Shown piece by piece: positions 31,389-41,580 of a DNA stretch of 64,000 nt. The notes below the pieces were generated by a model. The model saw only the letters and a list, made by a program, of their open reading frames with translations. It had not been told where the DNA came from and did not search any database. Numbering within the stretch: the stretch's first letter is position 1; each line of letters starts with the position of its first letter. Origin of the DNA: Candidatus Multivoradales bacterium (lineage in GTDB: Bacteria; Acidobacteriota; Thermoanaerobaculia; Multivoradales; J023); contig CBDFLE010000006.1 of the NCBI GenBank assembly GCA_965248925.1, positions 1 through 64,000 of the forward strand. Direction: 5' to 3'. Position numbers and translations under genes: made by a program.

Positions 31389-32933
31389 CTCTACTTTGTC
31401 AGATTCCCAGAGCCGGGAAATGTCCCGTCTCGCGCCTGTCCTTTCTGGTAAGCGGACCTAGTAGCAGCCTGTCGTCGCTGATGTCGTTGTTCCATGAGAT
31501 GTAGCACTTCATCAAGGCCAACATCCCGTCTTGGTAGGACCTTGGCCAACAAGATCTTGAGGTCAGTACAGCTGAGCAAAGGGTGGGTCGATTGATGTTT
31601 CTGGCGTTGTTGAAGGAGAAAGAGCAGGGCCATCATGACCAGCGCCATGTGGTGATGCCAAGCCTTCCAACTGCGGGCCTGGTACTCGGCCATTCCGGCC
31701 TCTCTCTTGGCGTCTTGAAAAGTGCGCTCGATCCAGTAGCGCTGACGCTGGATCTGGGCGAGCCGGCCTGCCGGGGTTTCAGCGGGTGCATTACTCAGGC
31801 TGTATTTCAGGCTCGCAGGATCGCTGGGATCGCGGGTCACCAACAGGTGCCAGCAGCGGGCCGAGGCTTCTCGGCCATCCCACAGCCAGACCATGCCTCG
31901 CATCACATCCAGGTGCAACTCGCCTTTCGTCGTATGACGAATCCACTGCCGCTTCCAAGCCGACTCCGGCCGCTGTGGCAACCAAGCATCCACTCGCATA
32001 GGTTTCATCTGGGTAACTCGTCGGCGAGAACGTCCCGACGGCGAAGTCGGAATCTCCGGCTTCGGGTCTTCGGCGTAGATGCGTTGATCGCGATGGATAT
32101 CGATGACGAAGACTTCGCCCGCATCGTCCAGGCCCTGAAGAAATGCTGGGTTGTTCCCATAACCACCATCAGCGGCAACCCAACGAAAGCGAAGGCCCTG
32201 AGCCCGCGCTCTGTGGACCATCTCAAGAGCCAATTCCGGCTTGGTTTGAAACGTTCGTGCCGATTCCGGAACACCCGCTTGACGGCAGCGCTTCGGCGAG
32301 TTGGTCCACTCGCGGGGCAGGTACAACCGGGCATCGATCAAGGACGCGCGATTGCCGTGACCGAGGCTGGCGAAAACGCCCACCTGACAGCTGTCGGTCT
32401 TGCCCCGAGTTCCGCACCATTGCCGGGCCACCCCGACAGATTTCTTCCCCTTCTTCGGGAAACTCGACTCGTCGATAACCAGGCACGAATCCAGGGTGCC
32501 GAATCCAGGGTGCCGCCCAGCTCGGCATCGACTCCCGCAGCAACCTGGTCCATAACCTTTTGACTCTCCCAGTCCGACACCGACAGGAAGTGATGCAAAG
32601 CTTGGGAATCGGAATCGGGGACAACTTCAGCCATTTGCAGCATGGTAGCGCGTCGCGCCTGCATTAGGCCGCGAAGATACTGCCCCGCCTGCGGCAGCAC
32701 ACTGCGTGTAAAGCGAGAGAAACAAAGGGCAAAGCCCTAGGCAAAATCCCACAACTCGCGCCCCAGATTTTGGTAGGAAACTGGGGCATCGCTGATCTCC
32801 GAACGACTAGGGAACTGGGGGCTCAAGCTGAGCCCTGAGTTCCTCCATGGGTTTAGTGACGGCCTTCATCGGGGCCGCCAATACAGGTTAAAGCCTTTGT
32901 CGTCACCAATTTAAGTAATCTGACAAAGTAGAA
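31389..32933 (-). mobile_element. IS701-family element
   Basis: IRs CTCTACTTTGTCAGATT / AATCTGACAAAGTAGAA; (A)CTAA TSD at 31385-31388 and 32934-32937. Confidence 0.88.
31391..32760 (-). pseudogene. IS701 transposase, frameshifted by a 14-bp duplication (32487-32514) with an upstream stop; 5' boundary approximate
   Basis: VARQWCGTRGK..CQVGV, RLYLPREW, ADGGYG, RYWIERTFQDAK, WHHHMAL. Confidence 0.85.
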
Positions 32934-33337
32934 CTAAGGATCAGGTTGCTCGGGCTTGCCTAGACTCGACAACACTATTGCCCAAAATCGAGGGATTCGC
33001 CTTCGAGTTGTACAAGCCTCATCCCGACTGCGTCGATGAGTGGGGGGAGCAAGAGTTTACCAGTAGTTGGACTGAGCGAGCGCAGTGACGGTCAACTCCA
33101 GGCCTGGTGCAGATTCAAGGGTGAGATTCGTGCGGACGAGCAGGAAGGGCAACACCGCGCACTAAACGAACGGATGGTCAAGATGGGACGCATTCAAATC
33201 CAATTCCCTCGTGAGTTCGCAGCCTAACACTGGAGCCAGTTTTTTCATCAGGAATCTACCTTCTGGAAAAAAGTGCAGGATTTCAAAGTGAAATTCTCAG
33301 GGATGACCGGCGGAGAAAGCTGCTTGGTGATCTAGCA

Positions 33338-34960
33338 TCAACCAGCGCCCGGGTTACCCCCGGCGCGAGGGCCTGCTGGTGGTAACCCAGGCTCTCGGAC
33401 TTCCTGGAGGCAGCGTTGATACCGAGCCCATGCTTCGAGATAGAATCCCATAGAGGCAGGAAGCTCACCGTTCAAGAATTCAAAGAATCTCGGAACGCAG
33501 GCCTCACAGGCCTGCAGAGCGGCATTCGCCAAGCTTGCGGTCTCCTTCAAGAAATGTAGGCGTTCCTTCTCGGAGAGACAGGACGTAGTCTTGGCTCGAA
33601 TCCGACTCTGGAGGTAAGTTGTAATGCTCTCGGGCCTCTCCCACGGCCAGAGTCGTGCGACGTTGTCTTCGCCGGTGCTAAGTATCTTGTTGCCTTCTGG
33701 ATTAAACTTGGCTGATTTCATGCTGCCTGTGCTGCCGCCGAATACTGCGACTTCTCGGGAGGTCTCGGCACTCCATACACGCAGCGTACCGTCTTCCGAA
33801 GAGGTAACTATCCACCGCCCATCTGGGCTAAACGTCGCCGAGGTGACTGCTTTCTGATGGCCCTTCAACGTTCTAAACTCTCTCGTTGCCAAGGTCCAGA
33901 CGCGAGCTGTCTGGTCCTCGGACGCAGTTACGACAAACTTCCCATCGGGACTAAACTTGGCATCTCGAATCAATCCACGATGACCGAGGAGTGTCGACTT
34001 CGGGCTTCTGGAGGTTAGTTTCCTGGGAGGATCAGCGTTCCAGAGGTATACCTTCCTACCGGAGGCGGTCAACACCGTGCGGCTAGCAGAATCTAGCGCC
34101 ATGGCCTTGATCTGATTGTGGGGACTCCGTTTCAACAGCAACCTAATCTGTCTTATATAGCTCCACCAACGCAGATTCTGATCTTGCGAAGTGGTGAGAA
34201 TTCGGTTTCTCTCGACATCAAACAGTACTCCGGTAACCGACTCACGGTGTTTGAGTCTCTTTGGTTCTGGCCTTCTTTCACCGGTGGCTCTGCCCCAAAC
34301 CAAGGCCACGGAGTCAGGCGAGATGGTCACTATCCATTTCTCATCGGAGCTGAAGACCGCTTTTGTAACGGGACCGTCATGACCACTCAACGTATCTAGC
34401 GAGCCACCCGTTTCGGCATCCCATACTTTCGCGGTGCCGTCTTGAGATGCGGTCAGCACGCGAAGACCCTCTGGGGCACTCAGACCTTTCGGGTTGAATC
34501 TCGCCGTATTCACTCGGTTCAGATGTCCCTTGAGGATGTTCTCCTGCTCCCCTGTTCGCGCGTTCCAGATTATTGCGGTTTGATCTTCAGACGCCGTCAC
34601 AATCCGCGATCCCGAGGGATCGAAGGAAGCTTCCAATATTCGCTTGGCGTGCCCGGCAAAGGCGAACAGTTCGGCACCTGCCAACGGCTCGGTTGACGCC
34701 GAGTTTCCCGACTTGTGTTCTGGACTGGCGAGGGCTCTATTCAGCACTACGAAACTGTTTGGAACGTCCGCCGGTCGACGAATCTCCAGCAGCAAGAGTC
34801 TTGCTCTCAGTCCCGGTATCTGCTCAGCGGCAACATCGAAGATTTCCTGATCCGTAATATTGATATTCTCCGTCTTGGGATCTAACATTCCACATCCGAC
34901 TAGCACGGCCACTACCAGAGCACCGAACGAATCTGTGCCTCGCCAACGCTCAGTCCGCAT
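33338..34960 (-). CDS. WD40 repeat lipoprotein
   Basis: LVGC lipobox; repeated GH...FSPDG..VTASEDQTARVW. Confidence 0.85.
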   Translation of the reverse strand: MRTERWRGTDSFGALVVAVLVGCGMLDPKTENINITDQEIFDVAAEQIPGLRARLLLLEIRRPADVPNSFVVLNRALASPEHKSGNSASTEPLAGAELFAFAGHAKRILEASFDPSGSRIVTASEDQTAIIWNARTGEQENILKGHLNRVNTARFNPKGLSAPEGLRVLTASQDGTAKVWDAETGGSLDTLSGHDGPVTKAVFSSDEKWIVTISPDSVALVWGRATGERRPEPKRLKHRESVTGVLFDVERNRILTTSQDQNLRWWSYIRQIRLLLKRSPHNQIKAMALDSASRTVLTASGRKVYLWNADPPRKLTSRSPKSTLLGHRGLIRDAKFSPDGKFVVTASEDQTARVWTLATREFRTLKGHQKAVTSATFSPDGRWIVTSSEDGTLRVWSAETSREVAVFGGSTGSMKSAKFNPEGNKILSTGEDNVARLWPWERPESITTYLQSRIRAKTTSCLSEKERLHFLKETASLANAALQACEACVPRFFEFLNGELPASMGFYLEAWARYQRCLQEVREPGLPPAGPRAGGNPGAG

Positions 34961-34965
34961 ACCTG

Positions 34966-37900
34966 CTACTCAACGAGATGAATGTCCTCACCCGCCAAGC
35001 TCCCACTGTCGGTACGAAATCGAACTTCCCAAAGGCGGCCCTGACCGACATCCTCTGAAATCTCCATCCATGAGTAAATTTGTTCGGTCTCGTGAAACGT
35101 ATTGTCATAGTCCTTCTTCACTTGGTCGGTCACGCATACTCCACCCTCACGAGCTATCTCCATCACTCGGCTAGCAGTGTGGACTACCAGCCCGTGTGCA
35201 TCATCTCTGTCAACCTGCACCTCGCCGACGTGAACTCCTACTCGCACTGTGATCTTCTCGTGACCTGTTCGGCCTTCAAGCTCAACAGCGAACTTGAGCG
35301 CTTCTATCGAGCTACGAAAGGCTATCATGCGGCCGTCGCCAGTCGACTTCACAACAAAACCGCCATGCCTCTCGGCGAGAGTATCGGTCTTGTCGAAGTG
35401 TTGATTCCGCACTATCGCCCAGGCAGCGGCCTTTATTTCGTTTAGGAGATGAGTGCTTCGGACTACGTCAGTGAAGACGATCGCTAGCTGGACGTACTCG
35501 GAACTCGAGCCGCCTAACCATCCCCAGAGCCCATCGCGTCGCTCATCGCTCCCCGCCTGTTGCCTAAACAGGATCCTGGTCCTTAAATAGGTGCCGGACA
35601 GCAGCGCTGCAAGTAACAGAATCACGTACAATACCGGCCGGTCGAAAGGAAATCGCAGTACTCTCCGGTCTGCGAAACTCCAGCGGTGCGCCGGCAGTTG
35701 GGTCTTGTAGACCACGAAGTCAAGGCGGCGCGACAACTCGGCCTGTTCTTTCCGAGGATCCCAGACGAACCTACCTCGCTGCCCAGCGGCCAGCTCGAGG
35801 AAGGCGTCGGTCGTGAATGGGCCGTAGTAGTCCGGGGACCGGATCGCAACATGGTCTGCGCTGAAACTGTCGTCACCGATACTGATCAGGTCGACTGTCA
35901 GTCGATTTCCTACGAGGGACAGTCGGGCGCTCTGCCAATCGACTTTAGGAACGCGGTTTATGACCTGAATTGGGTCCAGGAACAGGTGTTTGCCGCCACC
36001 ACTCGTCACGACCAGGTCCAAGGCTGCCTCTTGTGTTGTCGGATACTCGTAGGAGCTTTGAAGCGAAACCTCGCCACGTAGCTCAGCTGTTTCTCCTGGC
36101 TCGATAACGACCTGTACGGGCGGCGGATGGAAGACCACCGGAGTGTTGACCGCCGATTTGACTTGGTTAACCTTCACCCAGATTGCTCGTTGCGGGCCTG
36201 GGTTTCTGAGCGTGAGTGTCAACGGCGCCAACTCACCGTCCGTGAGTCGGACTTGATCCGGTAGTCGTTTAGCAAGCTGCAGGTCAGGCGCGGACTCTGC
36301 GCGTTGCAAGGGCATCGACTCGAATACGCCGGAGTTGCTCTGGCGCAACAAGAGAGTGCCGTCATCATAGCGGTAGCAGCGCCCTTTGCGTCGGCAGTCG
36401 ATCCACTGACCTCGATCGCCGCCGAGGAGAACGCTGGAAAGCGTGCACCTTGCCACTTTACAAGGTGACCAGATCCTCACCACACCCTCGCCAATACCGA
36501 CGGTGGCCAACGCATCGCCAGCCTTCCCAAAAGCCGCAGCACTCAGCCCGTTGCGGTCGATACGGCCAGCCAGCGAGGCGTGCTGCTGACCAATCACCCA
36601 GACGAAAACCTCGCCGCCGCGCAGCACAACGCCGACTCTCGTCGGCGAGATGAAATGCACGGCCAACGCATCGCCAGCTAACCGCCTGCTACCGCTGGAC
36701 AGAAGATCCTTGGACTCAAGGTCCCAAAGATACAAGCCGCCGCCACCGAAAGCGCCGACTAGCCGCCTACCGTCGGAGCTGAAAGCCAAGGCCTGGACTC
36801 TCTGCTGGGGCATATCGTTGTCTCTCGAACTCGTCTGAGCGAAGCGACCGTAGAGTTCGCGCGTGGACAGGTCAAGAACTTGGACCATGCCGTCGTCGAA
36901 ACCCGCCGCCAGGAGACCGCCATCGGGAGAGAAAGCGAGCGCCGCTACCGCGGATGTCTGCGCCGGAAGCGGCGCTTGCCTATCAAAGCGTCGTGCACCG
37001 TCGGCCGCCCGTCGCCACCAAGTGATAGGCCCATCCTGGAAACCGGCGGCCAGCGTGTCGCCCATAGCACTGAGCGCGAGGCAGCGAGGCGCCTTCCCTC
37101 CAGAGAGTGGAAACGTCCAAGGGCCGTGAGCCGGCTTGCTGTTGCGGTCCCAAAGCCGGATCGCTCCTCTGGAGCCTGCCACCAGACTCTGCCCGCCGTT
37201 GCCGAACGCCAGCGCCTTGACTAGCGGCACACCTCCTCCGAGTCGGCGCACCAGCTGGCTGGATGAGAAGGACCAGATTCCTACGAAACCCTCGCGTGTC
37301 CCCGCCGCAAGGAGTCTGCCGGAAGGACTGGGGCTGAGTGCGAAGACCTCGTCGCCGAAGTTCTCCAGCTGCGCCACCTCAGTGCCGGCAACGTAGCTCC
37401 AGAGCCGCACGCTACCGTCGCGCGAGGCAGAAGCAACCATATGGCCGTCCGGATGCCACACCACAGCCGTAGCAGCTAAGCGATGGCCTTCGAAAAGGCG
37501 CACCATTTTGCCGGTGTCGACCTCCCAGACCCGAACAGTGCTGTCGGCGGACGCCGAAGCCAAGAACTCTCCCTTCGGCCCCCAACTGACCGCATTCACA
37601 CGCTCATCGTGAGCGCCCTTAATCGTTGGTCCAAGAGGTTTGCCGTCGGCAGCATTCCAGAGCTTGATCGTGCGGTCCCACGATCCGGTGGCCAGAGCAT
37701 GGCCGTTAGGATGCCAGGCAAGCGCGGCAATCCTCTCGCCGTGTGCAGACCAAGCCGGCAGCTTGGCGGCACCAGTCCGCGGATCTAAGATCGTGACTGT
37801 GCCGTCTTTGGAACCGATCGCCAACAGGTCAGCGCGAGGGCTAAAGGCCACCGTCCAACCACTCCAGCGACGCGGTTGCCGGTCCGCTTTAAGGTCCCAG

Positions 37901-38301
37901 AGCCGTACCGTGCCATCGTCAGAGCTACTGGCTAACCAGCGACCATCAAAACTGAAAGAGAGGGTCTCTACGGGGCCTGAATCGTCTTCTAGCCGAAAGC
38001 TCTCTAGACCCGTTTCTAGGTCCCACAATGCGACGACACCAGCCGCCCCTCCGGTCGCCACCTCTCTGCCGTTTGGATGCCAGGCGAGCGCGTAGAGTGC
38101 CTCTCTTGATTTGACGCCGGAGAGCAGTTCTGCAGTTTCTTCAATCGACTCAGCGAACTTCTCACCGCCGAGAACCAGTGGCAGTAGGTCTTGGGTCGGC
38201 TGCGCGGCAGCCGGCCCAGGCGTTGAGTAGACTGTTAAGAAAGCGCATGTAACCAGAGTTCCCCAGCTCGACCAAGCCCGGCACGACAAAGCGTGAAGCA
38301 T
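34966..38301 (-). CDS. Receptor-type class III nucleotide (likely adenylate) cyclase with extracellular WD40 propellers
   Basis: Signal-like N-terminus, many WD40 repeats, TM VLYVILLLAALLSG, then VFTDVVRST, VVKSTGDG, RVGVHVGEV, DAHG..VHTASR. Confidence 0.88.
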   Translation of the reverse strand: MLHALSCRAWSSWGTLVTCAFLTVYSTPGPAAAQPTQDLLPLVLGGEKFAESIEETAELLSGVKSREALYALAWHPNGREVATGGAAGVVALWDLETGLESFRLEDDSGPVETLSFSFDGRWLASSSDDGTVRLWDLKADRQPRRWSGWTVAFSPRADLLAIGSKDGTVTILDPRTGAAKLPAWSAHGERIAALAWHPNGHALATGSWDRTIKLWNAADGKPLGPTIKGAHDERVNAVSWGPKGEFLASASADSTVRVWEVDTGKMVRLFEGHRLAATAVVWHPDGHMVASASRDGSVRLWSYVAGTEVAQLENFGDEVFALSPSPSGRLLAAGTREGFVGIWSFSSSQLVRRLGGGVPLVKALAFGNGGQSLVAGSRGAIRLWDRNSKPAHGPWTFPLSGGKAPRCLALSAMGDTLAAGFQDGPITWWRRAADGARRFDRQAPLPAQTSAVAALAFSPDGGLLAAGFDDGMVQVLDLSTRELYGRFAQTSSRDNDMPQQRVQALAFSSDGRRLVGAFGGGGLYLWDLESKDLLSSGSRRLAGDALAVHFISPTRVGVVLRGGEVFVWVIGQQHASLAGRIDRNGLSAAAFGKAGDALATVGIGEGVVRIWSPCKVARCTLSSVLLGGDRGQWIDCRRKGRCYRYDDGTLLLRQSNSGVFESMPLQRAESAPDLQLAKRLPDQVRLTDGELAPLTLTLRNPGPQRAIWVKVNQVKSAVNTPVVFHPPPVQVVIEPGETAELRGEVSLQSSYEYPTTQEAALDLVVTSGGGKHLFLDPIQVINRVPKVDWQSARLSLVGNRLTVDLISIGDDSFSADHVAIRSPDYYGPFTTDAFLELAAGQRGRFVWDPRKEQAELSRRLDFVVYKTQLPAHRWSFADRRVLRFPFDRPVLYVILLLAALLSGTYLRTRILFRQQAGSDERRDGLWGWLGGSSSEYVQLAIVFTDVVRSTHLLNEIKAAAWAIVRNQHFDKTDTLAERHGGFVVKSTGDGRMIAFRSSIEALKFAVELEGRTGHEKITVRVGVHVGEVQVDRDDAHGLVVHTASRVMEIAREGGVCVTDQVKKDYDNTFHETEQIYSWMEISEDVGQGRLWEVRFRTDSGSLAGEDIHLVE

Positions 38302-38434
38302 AGCTGCTAGAGACGAAGGCACAGGTTTTAGGCGAGAAGAAGACCCATCGTGAAACTTCGCCAAGCTAGACCCGGAGGACACGCTAACCGGACGCGACCT
38401 CGATCTTCTCCTCCATCGTGGACGAGGCAAGCTA

Positions 38435-39727
38435 TCAACGGGCCGCCGCTGTCAGGCAATCAATCGGCGGCCGCCCTTGTTCCAACGGCGAAGATTCCGG
38501 CTCGCTGATCCAATTCTCAGGAATCGTTGTTGCAGCCAGTAGTCGGTGCTTCTTGGCTCTTGGCAACCAGGAGTCGAGTTCGAGTGCTAGCCAGAAGGCC
38601 TCTCCTGACAGGACATACAAGTGGCGTGTCGCGCGCTGCGTCGGAAGTCGTACCTCACCTAGCACTTGGACGATGCCTTTGTTGAAATCCGGCTCCAACT
38701 TGACAACCCTCCAAGTCGTTACTCCAGGCCTCCGGCCCTCCGGCCCGCGGAGCAGAGCATAGAGGAACTCTCCAACGGAATAGAGTCCGACCGGGATTTT
38801 CATCCCCTCGACGCTCTTGTACATCTCGGCAACAGTGCCAGCTGGCGGATAAGGCATAGACTCGTTGGAGCCAGGAAACCCCTCTAGTCGGCCGCGCGAG
38901 CCGTCCCTCGTGTCGTAGTAATGCAGACTAGGGGAGGTGCTCATCTCCAAAAAGTACACCAAGTCGCCTGCGACAGCGATGAACTCGTGATGGAATGCGT
39001 AGTGTCGGTACCCAGGTACATCCCAGATCATCTGAGCCTTCGGCGTGACGTTGGCATTCCCTGGCGTCTGGACTTGGGTTAGGTAGAAACCTTCTCGAAC
39101 GACGTCAAGACGTCCGTCAATCCCTAGCGCGCCGTAGGCGAAGAACTGATCGGCCACTGGCTGCCAATCAAACATCGACATCACCCGATTGTCCTCGATC
39201 AGCTCTCCCGTCATTCCAACGCGGCTCACCAACTCTGTTCGACCCCGCTTGAGGAGACTTGCGTCGAACCACTGGATGGAGCTGGGAATACCGTTTCCAA
39301 GATTCAGATTTAGACCAACGAAGCCGCCATTGCTGCGCTTGATGCCGTAGACGATTTCACGGACCGGCTCATCGCCGACAGCGGTCAGCGACTCCTTTGG
39401 GTAGTAGTCGCCAGCGCGACTAGCCGACAAGCTCTGCTCGACCGTGACGGAGCCGCTTACGATATCGCGGCTCAACGCCAACTCAAGACTCTTCCGATCA
39501 AACATACTCACGAGCAACGCCCGCGATTGCTCGACATCGCCCCAGGTAGCGAAGTTGAACTTGGAAGCTTGCCAATCCGAGTTGACCGACTCGCGCCAAC
39601 AGCCTTCCGCCCGAGAACCGCCCGCGATCAATCCTCCTATCAAAGCGAGCAACAGGGAGAGGCCGAGACCTCCGGGGTACCAACGGTCGATACCCGAATT
39701 GAGCTGAACATTCGTTCGAGTAGTCAT
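38435..39727 (-). CDS. Secreted hypothetical protein, beta-rich (possible propeller)
   Basis: 430-aa ORF with signal LGLSLLLALIGGL; GAGGG RBS; operonic spacing. Confidence 0.7.
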   Translation of the reverse strand: MTTRTNVQLNSGIDRWYPGGLGLSLLLALIGGLIAGGSRAEGCWRESVNSDWQASKFNFATWGDVEQSRALLVSMFDRKSLELALSRDIVSGSVTVEQSLSASRAGDYYPKESLTAVGDEPVREIVYGIKRSNGGFVGLNLNLGNGIPSSIQWFDASLLKRGRTELVSRVGMTGELIEDNRVMSMFDWQPVADQFFAYGALGIDGRLDVVREGFYLTQVQTPGNANVTPKAQMIWDVPGYRHYAFHHEFIAVAGDLVYFLEMSTSPSLHYYDTRDGSRGRLEGFPGSNESMPYPPAGTVAEMYKSVEGMKIPVGLYSVGEFLYALLRGPEGRRPGVTTWRVVKLEPDFNKGIVQVLGEVRLPTQRATRHLYVLSGEAFWLALELDSWLPRAKKHRLLAATTIPENWISEPESSPLEQGRPPIDCLTAAAR

Positions 39728-39746
39728 GGTCTGGCCGCCCTCTGAA

Positions 39747-39941
39747 TCAGTTAACATTTTCTTCATTGCGGCAAACACCATTAGCGCTCATGCAAGGAAC
39801 GCCGGTTCCCAGGACCAAACCTGTGGCTCCGCGGCATTGACTGCCGAGAGTGCCCTCGCTGGCCTGGGTCGACATCGGCGCCACCTGCACTAGCCCGACG
39901 ATCAAAACGAGCAACAATAATCTAACGCAGACTCTGCTCAT
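39747..39941 (-). CDS. Small secreted Cys-containing peptide (64 aa)
   Basis: GAGGAG RBS; signal MSRVCVRLLLLVLIVGLV...TQA; mature part with 3 Cys. Confidence 0.6.
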   Translation of the reverse strand: MSRVCVRLLLLVLIVGLVQVAPMSTQASEGTLGSQCRGATGLVLGTGVPCMSANGVCRNEENVN

Positions 39942-40372
39942 ATCTCAATGCTCCTCAGTATCAAATGCTCATGTGCTCATGCCTGCCTAAGGGGAAGTTT
40001 CCGGATCGACTCGTGTCGATTTCAGACACCAGACTCAGCGCGCCGAAGGTCGCAGATTCGATTGCCGCTAGTGGTAGTGGCTAGCATTCCTCGCGCCTCA
40101 ACTGCTTGACCACAGAACCGAAAAGCTGGTCCCAATTCGGCTCAACAACCTGTAAATCCCCGTCTGATGAGTCAAGTATCCCCTTACGGACCTCGGTTTG
40201 CAATCCCAATGTACCGCTTCCTATCTCACTATCCTAGTACCTCTCGTGTTCCTCCAGACCCTGCTACGCGGCCCTCGTCGGGTCTCTAAGCTTAACCCAG
40301 TCAGCTGTTTAGGGGGCCGAGATTATCAATTTCTGTGCAGGCAGCTGGCGAGCGGGCTGCCACCTGCTCGAT

Positions 40373-40792
40373 CGAAGCCTGGCCCAGCAGGTGATCGCCG
40401 AGCTACGGCAGATGAACGAGTTGGTCCGGCGCAGCCAACGCCTGGAGGTGATCGAGCAACTTCGCGAGGAGATCCGAACTAACCCTGCTCCTCGGCCTCT
40501 CGCCCCACCTCCCGAGGAGCTGCTGCGTCAGGGCCGCGATCGATGAGGCCGCAGGCGGTGCTCGACGCTTCGGCCGCGCTGCACGCAGTGCTAACCCAAG
40601 AACATGCCAGCGAAGTCCTGGACTTCCTGCACGGAACCGCCTTGGTGCTAGTGCCCGCTCTATTTACCAGCGAAGTGACCAACGGGCTGTGGAAATACGT
40701 TCGCAGCGGCCAGATCACCCGCCACCGTGCTATCCAACTACTCGACCAGGCACTGAAGCTAGTCGATTCGGTGGTCGACGACCGCGACCTCG
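40373..40792 (+). repeat. 420-bp direct repeat, right copy (antitoxin 3' part plus vapC 5' part)
   Basis: Matches 18239-18658. Confidence 0.95.
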
Positions 40793-40962
40793 CCCGCGAA
40801 GCCTTGGTCCTAGCGGCCGCGCACTCACACCCGGCTTACGATGCCCTCTATGCCGTGCTGGCACGTCGCAACGGCTGCCCTTTGCTAACGTTCGACCGGC
40901 GCCTGGTCAAGTTGCTGGGGAAGCTCGGTGTTGAGGCTTGGGTTCCAGCCTCCAGCACTTGA
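40543..40962 (+). CDS. vapC: VapC PIN-domain toxin, intact
   Basis: VLDASA, EVTNGL, AYDALYAVLA, LLTFDRRL. Confidence 0.93.
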   Translation: MRPQAVLDASAALHAVLTQEHASEVLDFLHGTALVLVPALFTSEVTNGLWKYVRSGQITRHRAIQLLDQALKLVDSVVDDRDLAREALVLAAAHSHPAYDALYAVLARRNGCPLLTFDRRLVKLLGKLGVEAWVPASST

Positions 40963-40976
40963 CCGACCGAGCTGCT

Positions 40977-40999
40977 GGGCCGGCAGAGGTCGCCGGCCC
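40977..40999. terminator. Hairpin between convergent genes
   Basis: GGGCCGGC-N7-GCCGGCCC; no clear U-tract. Confidence 0.45.
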
Positions 41000-41006
41000 G
41001 AAAGGC

Positions 41007-41321
41007 TCAATCCTTGGCCGACTCGAACAGCGACTTCACCGCTACGACCAGCATTGCCGGGGAGATGAACACCACGACATTGCCGAGTATCTGAGTAATC
41101 TGCTCACCCACGTAAGGCAGCTGCTGAATCGACGAGGCCGATAGAATCAGCGCAATCGCCGCCAGCAGAAAACCGCGGCTCTCGTCGGCGGTGATATTCA
41201 GCAGCCCCACCACCACACCCAAGATCGCCAACAACCACCAGATCCAGCCCAGGTTGACGAATCCAGCGAGGACGGCCAGCACAACACCAGCCAAGAAAGC
41301 GTATTTCCCAACTTGCCCCAT
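41007..41321 (-). CDS. Small 4-TM hypothetical membrane protein
   Basis: Hydrophobic ORF with GLLNIT..E..FLLA; AAGGAG RBS. Confidence 0.75.
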   Translation of the reverse strand: MGQVGKYAFLAGVVLAVLAGFVNLGWIWWLLAILGVVVGLLNITADESRGFLLAAIALILSASSIQQLPYVGEQITQILGNVVVFISPAMLVVAVKSLFESAKD

Positions 41322-41580
41322 TTCTTCTTCTCCTTCTTTTGGCTACCAGCCACCAAAGCGCACGCACCATCGGCCGGCGCGGCCAAGCCGCCAGTAGCAC
41401 TGTCGATAGGTCAGATTGGGGCCAGGTTATCACACCGGAGGAACCTCGAAATTGCCGGCCGGTCCAGCAAGCAGGGTTCACGCAGACTCTTTGAAAGTCT
41501 CTAGCACCATCACCGCCAAACGGCCCGTGCAGGCCATGGTATAAACTCCCTGCCCCCCTTGGAGGCAGTGAGGACCCACC

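Larger units (their letters stand above)
25429..33088 (+). pseudogene. Pentapeptide-repeat membrane protein split by three IS (pieces 25429-26452, 31265-31388, 32938-33088)
   Basis: Removing the IS and one TSD each restores ...ADLSGSNLIGAIFVKANLRKSDL...ANLESTRGLTKDQVARACLDSTTLLP...TERAQ* in frame. Confidence 0.9.
18659..40372. mobile_element. ~21.7 kb genomic island within vapBC, no integrase
   Basis: Bounded by the 420-bp repeats and CTCGATCG at both junctions; visibly more AT-rich; IS-rich. Confidence 0.8.

Noticed and set aside
33036-33227. 63-aa ORF after IS701
   Set aside because: Overlaps the restored pentapeptide gene end in another frame; no motif
40160-40200. CTGATGAG hammerhead-like core
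   Set aside because: No GAAA after a stem II and no flanking stems
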